64,000 nt of DNA from Nanobdellota archaeon (GTDB lineage: Archaea > Nanobdellota > Nanobdellia > Woesearchaeales > JBHPFW01). The stretch spans positions 4,131-68,130 of the forward strand of contig JBHPFW010000006.1 in the NCBI GenBank assembly GCA_042571645.1, written 5' to 3'. Shown here piece by piece: positions 56,901-62,619 of the stretch; the first letter of the stretch is position 1, and each line of letters starts with the position of its first letter. The notes beneath the pieces were generated by a model. That model was given only the letters and a program-made list of their open reading frames with translations, was not told the DNA's origin and did not search any database. Position numbers and translations under genes: made by a program.

Positions 56901-58143
56901 TCCCACCTTCAAAAGGCATATTCAAAACAGCAATAGAACTTCCATTGACATACCAATCAATTATGTTTTTTACAGGATCACTATCATTATCATTAGTGTT
57001 CTGAGCTGAAACAGTCAGCTCATCATCTGTTTTATTCTGGCCTGAAGAGGAACTTAATATTGGTTCATCATGAGTAGGAACATTATTTGCAGGAGAACTA
57101 CTGCTTAATATTGTAATTTCACTCGAGCATTTCTCTAAACCCTCTTCTATGCTATCAGTTGGTATTATACATGACTTCCAAACATCATTCTCCATAGTTT
57201 CCTGACTAACAAGTACATCTTCTTTATTATTGTACAAACTCGAGATCTGAGCAGAACTCAAAGCACGATTATAAATCTTAAGATCGCTGATACTTCCATT
57301 CAAATAAGACTTAGAGCCAGCATTTGCACCTATCAATAAAGGTTTCATATTATCTCTACCAATTACGCCCTGCCAACCAGTATACCTACTTTTCATATTC
57401 TGTCCATTAACATACAAATTCATCCAGCCATCCTTGTATGTAGCTGCAATATGGACATAACCAATATTTGAAATATTTGATCTAAGCCTTAAATCAAAAT
57501 GTTCACTCTCATTATTAATCCTAAACAAAATATTACCATATTGTTCATAAGTCAGAATAAAATAACCACCAATGCTTACAACCTGCTGATTCAATTCCTG
57601 CCAGGTTGTTCCATTTTTGCTCCTAAAACTAACCCAACTAGAAATAGTAATCTCATCCAAATTATTAAACTCATTCCCTGCATTAACCTCAATAAAATCA
57701 TCAACACCATCAAAAGTATAAGATCCAAAACCATCATGGCCAGAACTCTCATTCCAAACGGCACCATTCACAATTCCATTATTATTATGGCTTGAATAAT
57801 CTTTAGTATTTATTACTTCAGTGCCATTGTTAGCTTCAAAAGGCATATTAAGAAGTGTAATTGAGTTAGTGTCCTTATACCAATTAATTATGTTCTTGAC
57901 TGGATCTCCTTCAGGATCATTAGTAGTTTGGTTAGTTACTATTATATTCTCATCTGTAGTATTTGTGTCTAATTCAGAATCTAATATTGGATCATCATGA
58001 GTTGGCGGTTGATTTGGGCTATCAGCATATACTGAACTGGTTGCCAATATAAGTATAAGAATTAAGAAGATTGTTTTTTTGAGCTGCAACTTTTGCAGTG
58101 CAGAGCATAATTTAGTATTTAAGATATTATCCACCATTTTCAT
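50950..58143 (-). CDS. Giant (~2397-aa) surface protein: 3 nested LamG modules, Fn3, CarboxypepD_reg-like, FG-GAP beta-propeller, Fn3-like and CARDB-like domains
   Basis: The track ORF starts at a TTG (58152); ATGs occur at 58143 and 58137. The signal is TIFLILILILATSSVYA. The modules are identical in plan to those of the 6296-aa protein (PTHDDPILDS..ENIIVTNQTTNDPEGDPVKNIINWYKD...LamG...SQETMENDVWKSCIIPTDS). Confidence 0.9.
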   Translation of the reverse strand: MKMVDNILNTKLCSALQKLQLKKTIFLILILILATSSVYADSPNQPPTHDDPILDSELDTNTTDENIIVTNQTTNDPEGDPVKNIINWYKDTNSITLLNMPFEANNGTEVINTKDYSSHNNNGIVNGAVWNESSGHDGFGSYTFDGVDDFIEVNAGNEFNNLDEITISSWVSFRSKNGTTWQELNQQVVSIGGYFILTYEQYGNILFRINNESEHFDLRLRSNISNIGYVHIAATYKDGWMNLYVNGQNMKSRYTGWQGVIGRDNMKPLLIGANAGSKSYLNGSISDLKIYNRALSSAQISSLYNNKEDVLVSQETMENDVWKSCIIPTDSIEEGLEKCSSEITILSSSSPANNVPTHDEPILSSSSGQNKTDDELTVSAQNTNDNDSDPVKNIIDWYVNGSSIAVLNMPFEGGSGVSTRDYSSYNNSINLAVGAVWNESYGYDGKGAYAFDGVDDSIIIPGNSELSGFDELTLSAWVSFGDKTGSTWQELNQQIISNTGSYLLWYNSGAQVIGFRILNESKLFDTRYKVNLIDDGFHHIAATYSNGMMNIYVDGLRVKSQRIDWSGPVGDNQVRDVYLGSYYGVNGFLNGTIDEVMIYSRALSQDQINLLYQSNLDKLSSAETDTNDQWVACVTPNDGKDDGQEKCSNTITILESIPIPNTPPQHSAPLLESALGKNQTTESLQVYNQSTYDDEGDPVKNIINWYINDTPILLLNMPFEGGSTDSITSDYSDYNHEGIVLGANWVSDAGHDGFGAYVFDGLDDSIIVPGSSELTNVDELTLSAWVDFGGKTGSVWNEASHRIFSNKVSYLFAYNPLNNALLFRVWNASKDYFDLRAVVDLNNNGFHHVAATYVNGEMKIYVDGVLAISQIADWTGMLGDGVINDLYIGSFATLSCFSNGTIDDPMIFNRALSADEINYLYNKNPPDVILEQETSVGDRWKACLIPNDGKEDGAELCSNEILILVDNTTIVSDDPPAQITDLNVISKTNSSINWSWTKPNDTDFSEHIIYLDGVNIINTTEEFYHAVGLLPNTTYTINVHTKDIDNNVNDSDVINETKTYTTSITGTVYDTDTGNPIMNVNISVYPSSVYDPVSDSGDYANLLPKEVPDAVTDVNGNYIVFVDDGSYHLIYQHSDEKDFNINPIKVSETGHDAFIDEDGTYMGTFNSEGHIIYSGKHENNNKYSCGDIVYFTAFGKNSGASTVNITFVVENHTQGNQGNIIYSGNDSDPSETLVIPNDHTKYFKNFEFSVPCEYPEGKYDIHIYNQQWGKIHKIGNFFIVNDTATPVLIVPKNVTITENETILINISATDNTVNGTIREIEINYSGYDREFLTIIIDKDTSFDSDNDSITDNDQDYVFPGTTETITITYDVPGTYEIKYWIIDGVNNQNTTTTQVEFPEFTVAQTKSFIGLNGPFSNSMDIGDVDGDNDYDFVVGGYDWGTTGSAIYENDGTGYFTLKQSLNNADPNTTNAVKFGDVDNDGDLDLFNANGNGNPHFIYKNDGGGFSVYQNFGAGKTLYEPALRDLDNDGDLDIIAGGANYHKGVVYKNNGSGYFEFHEELPLNVIFVNAFDADNDGDLDVVVSNYETIKSRNLLKNDGTGHFTVFYNFTDSGDTSEGVASGDFNNDGFIDVAIIYDTIGAVKIFENDGTGIFTLSSTLSIDNGISRDIETSDLNSDGYLDIVTGSESGNDYVYLNDGLGNFNFLQVLPNTFSTSAVSIHDFDGDYDQDILVSQYKQSVRQEFKMFENHFTIQNTMPIPPISFNSTYSDGKLTLSWNDGFDNETLTTLLTYNLRIGTSPDSQDIFSGKLSGEEAFGNVRQLKNFSLNIPDQEYYWSIQTIDAQLKPSNWSTEQHHIPQETSNSSLSLEITSPIADTFYLNDSVWINATTNDTAASCSYDLIGTALNGTLDTVDNLEWYKSINVSGLDDDYNLTVDCDGVIDYVYPFKVDTLNPQVSLVNPTFGTEIKGIYVLNASTTSDDVVYMEFWFLNGNETDVYYEFIGQNNTPGNYFSYTWNSPKINNTFYGTTFFAVGFDDAGRETEVAEGTIEIDNEGPGQVTNLVVKTGRSQGSIDLFWTAPGDNDQVGKATAYEIRYAQTPILTQTDWDNAQWSLCSNLNPDWGGSNETCTITGLGASEVLWYAAINATDNWGNTSPISNSPGAETGFYDVGVDSFHYEWEGNDSHTIYKYDTVLVWGNVTNYGNVNETDLDVRIRENGDTKHIKYINLSIGETKTVYMNYTPTVTIYPLVGMYSSSAYDDSPGDMNASNTGSDTNIWIRSIVDSIIFTWYDPVDYPNANEPVSTSFYVIPQINNPTTAFLYRMPITISINGTYNIISTWNNNGEDCGTNSECFYNALATSTNLQSWENQIDTPGKYNITVTAGAHPGDQLTVQRTVTIS
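52900..53935 (-). other. Seven FG-GAP/VCBS repeats (integrin-alpha-like beta-propeller)
   Basis: The repeats are GDVDGDNDYDFVVGG, FGDVDNDGDLDLF, RDLDNDGDLDIIAGG, FDADNDGDLDVVVSN, GDFNNDGFIDVAI, SDLNSDGYLDIVTG and HDFDGDYDQDILVS. Each is followed by Y.N.G.G.F. Confidence 0.75.
55262..58020 (-). repeat. Three LamG-split modules in the 2400-aa protein
   Basis: The C-halves are SQETMENDVWKSCIIPTDS, SAETDTNDQWVACVTPNDG and EQETSVGDRWKACLIPNDG. The LamG cores contain FHHIAATY..G.M.IYVDG. Confidence 0.75.
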
Positions 58144-58188
58144 TTTTCCCAACCACAGACACCCCCACTAAATCACTGTAGATAGGAT

Positions 58189-58217
58189 CCCCTATTAGGG
58201 GTTTATATTTATAAAAG
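58189..58217 (-). promoter_or_regulatory. TATA-like box followed immediately by a 13-nt palindrome upstream of the 2400-aa gene
   Basis: The minus strand reads cTTTTATAAATATAAA-CCCCTAATAGGGG. The palindrome occupies 58189-58201 and the TATA 58202-58217. They lie about 45-75 nt upstream of the ATG at 58143, with a GTGGGGGTG Shine-Dalgarno-like motif in between. Confidence 0.4.
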
Positions 58218-58362
58218 AAGTATCTTCTAATATAAAAACTTTGCGAAGGGTATTTATAAAGGGTTTATAAAAGTCCATTTTTGGCCTTTTTTAAGAGCAT
58301 ATTGCACAATATTTAAAAAAGACACCTCTACCTAAAATATTCAATTAATAGGGGGTGCTAAA

Positions 58363-59115
58363 ATGTTAGGTTTTTCAATCAGTTTGATTATTTTCTTGGT
58401 GATAGTTCTATTATCAAGCCTTAAAGTTGTTAATGAATATGAACGTGGTGTAAAATTCACACTTGGTAAGTATTCTGGGGTAATGGAACCTGGTTTGAAG
58501 ATTGTTATTCCAATATTGCAATCATGGCGAAGAGTGGATATGAGAGTTAAAGCTGTAGATGTTCCAAGTCAAGAATGCATCAGTAAAGATAATATTTCTA
58601 TCAAGGTTAATGCTGTTTTGTATTATAAGATTGAGGTTGCTAACAAAGCAATTATTGAAGTTGAACATTTCAATTATGCTGTTTCTCAGTTAGCTCAGAC
58701 AACAATGAGAAATATTGTTGGGGAATTTGAATTAGATGAAATTTTGCAGCAAAGAGATCAGATTTCAAATAAAATTCAAGAGATTGTTGATAAAGAGACT
58801 GATCCGTGGGGAATTGATGTTAGTAAGATTGAGATAAAAGATATTGAATTACCTCAAGACATGAAAAGGGTTATTGGTAAAGAAGCTGAAGCTGAGCGTG
58901 AGAAAAGAGCAGTTATTGTCAAAGCAAAAGGAGAAGTTATTGCAGCTGACAATATGGCTAAAGCAGCTCATACTTTAGCATCTGCAGATGGTGCTTTGCA
59001 TCTTAGAACTTTGCAGTCACTGAATGACTTAAGCTCTGATCAATCTAATACAGTAATCTTTGCAATTCCATTAGAAGTGCTTAGAGCAGTTGAAGGTTTG
59101 GGGAAGAAGAAATAG
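58363..59115 (+). CDS. SPFH/Band 7 (stomatin/prohibitin-like) membrane protein
   Basis: An N-terminal TM is followed by VNEYERGVKFTLGKY...PGLKIVIP...VDMRV...QECISKDN..I.VNAVLYYKI, the canonical SPFH pattern. A GGGGGTG Shine-Dalgarno-like motif lies upstream. Confidence 0.85.
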   Translation: MLGFSISLIIFLVIVLLSSLKVVNEYERGVKFTLGKYSGVMEPGLKIVIPILQSWRRVDMRVKAVDVPSQECISKDNISIKVNAVLYYKIEVANKAIIEVEHFNYAVSQLAQTTMRNIVGEFELDEILQQRDQISNKIQEIVDKETDPWGIDVSKIEIKDIELPQDMKRVIGKEAEAEREKRAVIVKAKGEVIAADNMAKAAHTLASADGALHLRTLQSLNDLSSDQSNTVIFAIPLEVLRAVEGLGKKK

Positions 59116-59217
59116 TTTTATAAACCCTTTTTTTATTATTTTAATTGCTGAGACACCCTAAATGGGTAGTTTTTACAGATAATAAAGAAGAAAACGTGGT
59201 CTCGGGGAGAAAAGAAA

Positions 59218-59880
59218 ATGGCTGAATACAAAATAGTTCTAAATGACCCTAAAACAGGGAAATCTTATCAAAAAGAGCTTAAAGAGCAGGCTGCAGATCA
59301 ATTAAAAGGTAAAAAGATCGGCGATGCAGTAAAAGGAGACCTACTTGGGCTTTCAGGTTATGAATTTAAGATAACTGGCGGCTCAGATTCTGCTGGTTTT
59401 CCTATGAGGGCAGATAATCCTGGAATAAACCGTAAGAGAGTCTTGATTATGAAAGGTTCTGTTGGGCTAAGAAAAGCTCCAAAAGGAATAAAGAAAAGAA
59501 GAACTGTCTGTGGCAATATTATTACTGAAACTATGGCTCAGGTTAATATGAAGATTACAAAGCATGGCTCAGGTCCTATAGCAGAAGAAGCACCTAAAGA
59601 GGAAGCTGCTAAGGAAGGTGAAGCTCCTAAAGAAGAGAAAGCTGAAGCTCCTAAGGAAGAGAAGTCTGAACCTCCAAAAGAGGAGAAGAAGGAAGCTCCT
59701 AAGGAAGAACCTTCAAAAGAAGAGAAGAAAGAAGAAGCTCCTAAAGAAGAGAAGAAGGAAAAAGTAAAGGAAGAAAAACCAGAAGAGCCTAAGGAAGAGA
59801 AAAAAGAAGAAGCTCCTAAGGAAGAAGCCCCTTCTGAAGAGAAGAAGGAAGAAGCTCCTAAAGAAGAAAAAGCGAATTAA
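59218..59880 (+). CDS. rps6e: Ribosomal protein S6e with a ~90-aa Lys/Glu/Pro/Ala repeat extension
   Basis: The S6e core is ITGGSDSAGFPMRADNPGINRKRVLI..GSVGLRK..KGIKKRRTVCGN. The C-terminal tail is EAPKEEKK-type repeats. Confidence 0.9.
   Translation: MAEYKIVLNDPKTGKSYQKELKEQAADQLKGKKIGDAVKGDLLGLSGYEFKITGGSDSAGFPMRADNPGINRKRVLIMKGSVGLRKAPKGIKKRRTVCGNIITETMAQVNMKITKHGSGPIAEEAPKEEAAKEGEAPKEEKAEAPKEEKSEPPKEEKKEAPKEEPSKEEKKEEAPKEEKKEKVKEEKPEEPKEEKKEEAPKEEAPSEEKKEEAPKEEKAN
59587..59874 (+). repeat. In-frame degenerate tandem repeat GAAGCTCCTAARGAAGA(GAAG) encoding (E)APKEEK
   Basis: At least seven copies of GAAGC(T/A)CCTAA(A/G)GA(A/G)GA are visible between 59587 and 59874. Confidence 0.8.
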
Positions 59881-59922
59881 TTTTTTTCTTATTCTATTGA
59901 ATTTTTTATTATTTAGAGTTAA

Positions 59923-60088
59923 AGCTATGTAGAAAATCTTTGCTTCGCAAGTTACTGCCGGCTTCACCTGTAGCATGCAGTTATTGTATTAGCGGGCATC
60001 CCCGTAAGGGACATCCCCCTACCCTCATACAACACTATTTTAACAGTAGGTTCAGAAATTGGCAGTAACTTCGATTTTCTACATAGCT
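59923..60088. ncRNA. 166-nt element closed by 16-bp + 11-bp terminal helices around a GC-enriched core; candidate ncRNA (or MITE)
   Basis: AGCTATGTAGAAAATC (59923-59938) pairs with GATTTTCTACATAGCT (60073-60088). AAGTTACTGCC pairs with GGCAGTAACTT. The core contains CCC-GTAA-GGG (a GNRA-type loop) and C-rich runs. No ORF is present. Confidence 0.35.
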
Positions 60089-60133
60089 TATATTTAAGAA
60101 AACTATATAAAACAAAACTTATAGTGAGTTATT

Positions 60134-60430
60134 ATGCCAGCACAACCTACTCAAACTAAAGCACCTGGATTTAATATTGATTTTAAGAAGATTATGAAGC
60201 AGATTCAGGATTTTATCAATAATCTTCCAGTTATCTTTGGCAATCTTGTTGAAGCATATCAGAATTTCTTCAAAGATGTACCAAGAATTTCAAGAAACAT
60301 AGGGCCGATATTGCAGGCATTTCCTGATATGCTGAAAAAAGCTCCAAGAAATTTACAAATAGGCTGGGGTGTATTGTTTAGCAGCATGCTTCTTTTTATA
60401 ATCTCAATAGTTCTTATTATAATATTTTGA
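60134..60430 (+). CDS. Small hypothetical protein with a C-terminal TM
   Basis: 98 aa. The C-terminus is GWGVLFSSMLLFIISIVLIIIF. No family was recognised. The gene abuts the next gene. Confidence 0.4.
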   Translation: MPAQPTQTKAPGFNIDFKKIMKQIQDFINNLPVIFGNLVEAYQNFFKDVPRISRNIGPILQAFPDMLKKAPRNLQIGWGVLFSSMLLFIISIVLIIIF

Positions 60431-61015
60431 GTGAGTGATATTATGGATGTAAACTCTGAGTTGGTCAATCAAACTTCGCAATTTGTTGGATGGGTTTACA
60501 ATGAAGTATATTTTAAGATAATTGTTGCTTTGATAATTCTTCTTATCGGTTTTATTGTTGGAAAATTAGTTAGCAGAACATTAGCTAGGTTGCTTAATGA
60601 GTTTGATATTGATAAGATATTAAAAAGTTCAGCAGGAATAGAATTATCAATTGAAAAATTGTTTTCCTCTTTTGTAGCTTATTGTATTTATTTTATAGCT
60701 ATTATAATGGCATTAAATCAATTTAATATAACTACCACAATACTTCAAATGTTATTGGGTGCAGTATTAATAATCCTAATTGTTTCTGCTGTTCTTGCTA
60801 TGAAAGATTTCCTGCCAAATGTTTTTGCAGGGTTATCTTTGTATAAAAGCCGCGATATTAAAGAAGGGGATGTTATAAAATATAAGGATATTAAAGGCAA
60901 GATAACTGAGATGAAACTTACAGAGACCAGATTAACAACTAAATCTGGAGACACAATTTATATTCCTAATTCTGTTCTTAAGAAAAACGAGATCATAAAG
61001 GTTAAGAAGAAATAA
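60431..61015 (+). CDS. Short MscS-like mechanosensitive channel family protein
   Basis: TM helices are followed by the beta-domain pattern GDVIKYKDIKGKITEMKLTETRLTTKSGDTIYIPNSVLKKNEI (MscS: GD.I....G.V..i....T........v.iPN). The GTG at 60431 or the ATG at 60443 could be the start. Confidence 0.6.
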   Translation: MSDIMDVNSELVNQTSQFVGWVYNEVYFKIIVALIILLIGFIVGKLVSRTLARLLNEFDIDKILKSSAGIELSIEKLFSSFVAYCIYFIAIIMALNQFNITTTILQMLLGAVLIILIVSAVLAMKDFLPNVFAGLSLYKSRDIKEGDVIKYKDIKGKITEMKLTETRLTTKSGDTIYIPNSVLKKNEIIKVKKK

Positions 61016-61018
61016 TAA

Positions 61019-61276
61019 TCAGTAAGGAATTGCCTCTAACATACTTGCTATATTCCATAGCTGGGTTCTTGTGTATGACTGGACATTTACATCATCAGAG
61101 ATTTCATCTAGTTCATTTAATGCTTTGTTAAGTTTTAAAGAAAGTTCTTCTTGTTGTTGTAATATTTCTTTTATATTACCGAGTTTAGTCTTAACATTTT
61201 TGGGTATAGTGTTGTCTTCTTGAAGCTCCTCAAGAGCTTGGACAATGTTTTGAAGTGCTTCTTCACTGCTTGCCAT
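61019..61276 (-). CDS. UPF0147-family small archaeal protein
   Basis: The helical 85-aa protein ...NTIPKNVKTKLGNIKEIL...LNELDEISDDVNVQSYTRTQLWNIASMLE matches the remembered UPF0147 pattern (P.NvR.....i..L.......a...LdeisdDpN.p...Rt.iw.i...LE). The ATG at 61276 is preferred over 61300. Confidence 0.6.
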   Translation of the reverse strand: MASSEEALQNIVQALEELQEDNTIPKNVKTKLGNIKEILQQQEELSLKLNKALNELDEISDDVNVQSYTRTQLWNIASMLEAIPY

Positions 61277-61305
61277 TATTTTCACCTCATTATGAAACAA
61301 ATAAA

Positions 61306-61650
61306 TTATTTATCCTTTTTCTTCATCTCATCAAGAACTTCTTGTTGAGTTTTCTTGGCTCTCTCTTTTAATTTTTCTTCCTGCTTTTCAATAGCTTTCA
61401 GCCTTAAATCTATTTTTTCTTTTGAGTCATTTAGATCCTTTTTCAGGGATTCTTTTTCTGAAGCAACCATTATGTTGCCTATGATCTTATATGCTTTATC
61501 TGTTTTTTCCAATTCGCTCAGTGCTGATTCTATTTCCATTAGCTGAGCTTGAAAATTCTGTTTTTGCATAAGAGTATTCTGCATACTTTGCTCCATTAAT
61601 TGAAGTTGATTTATTTTTTCCTGAGAATTTATTGTTTCTTTTTCAGACAT
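61306..61650 (-). CDS. pfdB: Prefoldin beta subunit
   Basis: 114 aa with two coiled-coil arms flanking the beta-hairpin region (YKIIGNIMV). Archaeal gene context (rpl37ae-rpoP-pcc1-pfdB) supports the call. Confidence 0.85.
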   Translation of the reverse strand: MSEKETINSQEKINQLQLMEQSMQNTLMQKQNFQAQLMEIESALSELEKTDKAYKIIGNIMVASEKESLKKDLNDSKEKIDLRLKAIEKQEEKLKERAKKTQQEVLDEMKKKDK

Positions 61651-61682
61651 TTTTAATCCCCTTTTTTTGCTTTTAATTTTGT

Positions 61683-61916
61683 TTATTCAACCTTAGCAGT
61701 CTTTTCGTAGACTGTTAGAAGCTGGGTGAGTCCATTAAGTGTTGCCCTTAATGCAACAGAATCAGTTGCGGTAATTTTAAGCAGCACACCTTTTTTTGTT
61801 TTTTTTATGATTATTGTTGAACGTTTTCTTTTTGTAATTTGAGGGAGCAGGAGATCATAAAGTTTTTTTGATTGGCCTTCAACCAAAATTTCAGCAGCAT
61901 ATTTGATTTGACTCAT
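61683..61916 (-). CDS. pcc1: KEOPS complex subunit Pcc1
   Basis: The 77-aa protein AEILVEG.SKKLYDLLLPQ....RSTIIIKKTKKGVLLKITATDSVALRATLNGLTQLLTVYEK fits the Pcc1/CTAG pattern (..i.A.D..alRaslns.lrll.v). Confidence 0.75.
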   Translation of the reverse strand: MSQIKYAAEILVEGQSKKLYDLLLPQITKRKRSTIIIKKTKKGVLLKITATDSVALRATLNGLTQLLTVYEKTAKVE

Positions 61917-62050
61917 CTTGCCTTTATTTTTGTTGTTACAGTTCTTGGCTTAAACAACATTTTACTTCCGCAGTATGGACATCTCACTCTTTTTCTTAGG
62001 TATTCTTCGCCTACTTTTTTTAGACAATCAAAGCATTTGTACTCAACCAT
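61913..62050 (-). CDS. rpoP: DNA-directed RNA polymerase subunit P (Rpo12/RpoP); below the ORF-track cutoff
   Basis: Hand translation gives MVEYKCFDCLKKVGEEYLRKRVRCPYCGSKMLFKPRTVTTKIKAR. This is a C-x2-C...C-x2-C zinc ribbon with the RpoP pattern (YKC..C.......vRCPYCG.k.lfK.R). The TGA overlaps the pcc1 ATG (ATGA at 61913-61916). Confidence 0.85.
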   Translation of the reverse strand: MVEYKCFDCLKKVGEEYLRKRVRCPYCGSKMLFKPRTVTTKIKAR

Positions 62051-62061
62051 TTTAATACCTC

Positions 62062-62454
62062 TTAAGTTTGAATTTCTTGATTAGGATTTTCTTCTGGCTC
62101 TTCTTTTTTCTCAGGTATTTTTTGATATTCTACTTCTTCTTCCTCTTCACCAGCAGAAAGAATATTTTCCTCATCTTCGATCTCTTCTTCTGGAATTTCT
62201 TCTGCAATGCCTTCTTCAACTACTTTAGTTCTTTTTTTAGCTACAGAATATGCTTTTGAAGTAAATTTAGCCAAGCATTTTTTGCAGTGCCAAATGCCTG
62301 ATGAGATCCTTTTAACCTGTATATAATTGCAATAAGGGCAGCTTTGTTTTTTGTGATAATAAGAAGATTCTGCTGCGCCAAGTTTTTCTTTGACTGTTCG
62401 TCCATATCTTGCGCCAAAGCGTTTTATTGAAGGATAAGTAGTCTTTGTAACCAT
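62062..62454 (-). CDS. rpl37ae: Ribosomal protein L37ae (eL43) with a ~45-aa acidic C-terminal extension
   Basis: The core is KRFGARYGRTVKEK...CPYCNYIQVKRISSGIWHCKKCLAKFTSKAYS. The tail is EEGIAEEIPEEEIEDEENILSAGEEEEEVEYQKIPEKKEEPEE. Confidence 0.9.
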   Translation of the reverse strand: MVTKTTYPSIKRFGARYGRTVKEKLGAAESSYYHKKQSCPYCNYIQVKRISSGIWHCKKCLAKFTSKAYSVAKKRTKVVEEGIAEEIPEEEIEDEENILSAGEEEEEVEYQKIPEKKEEPEENPNQEIQT

Positions 62455-62619
62455 TTTAGATCATTATTTGTTCTTTATTTTGATTTTTAAGCTTTATTTG
62501 TTGTTTTTAAGCCCTTTTAAGCTTTATTTATTCTTTTTTACCCCTTTTTAGCTGTTTTCTAAGAAAAATAAGCGGTTTATAAAAGTTTTGCAGTATTTCT
62601 CCCTATTTTGATCATAAAA

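Noticed and set aside
12677-58152. Many 60-150-aa ORFs in the track lie antisense or out of frame inside the giant genes. Examples are 14400-14615, 14989-15195, 16861-17121, 20827-21147, 27145-27384, 28321-28752, 30520-30927, 31138-31488, 40547-40999, 41998-42414, 51484-51672 and 57499-57795.
   Set aside because: They are fully embedded in much longer ORFs that have clear domain content. Their peptides are low-complexity mirror images of the sense repeats, with the same antisense peptide recurring wherever the DNA repeat recurs. They have no start-site signals.
59923-60088. 5S rRNA hypothesis for the 166-nt stem-closed element. The inner 123 nt have 5S-like length, and the minus strand has CUGAACC..GUUAAA.
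   Set aside because: The GAAC/GUUAA-like string lies immediately after the closing helix rather than in the helix III/loop C position. No loop E / GUA-type 3' half motifs are visible. Overall similarity to remembered archaeal 5S sequences is absent.
62485-62550. Short direct repeats TTTTAAGC(T/C)TT(T)ATTT in the rpl37ae upstream region, considered as a regulatory array
   Set aside because: These are AT-rich and degenerate, in a region where TATA/BRE-like strings are expected anyway. The evidence is insufficient to separate them from compositional repetition.
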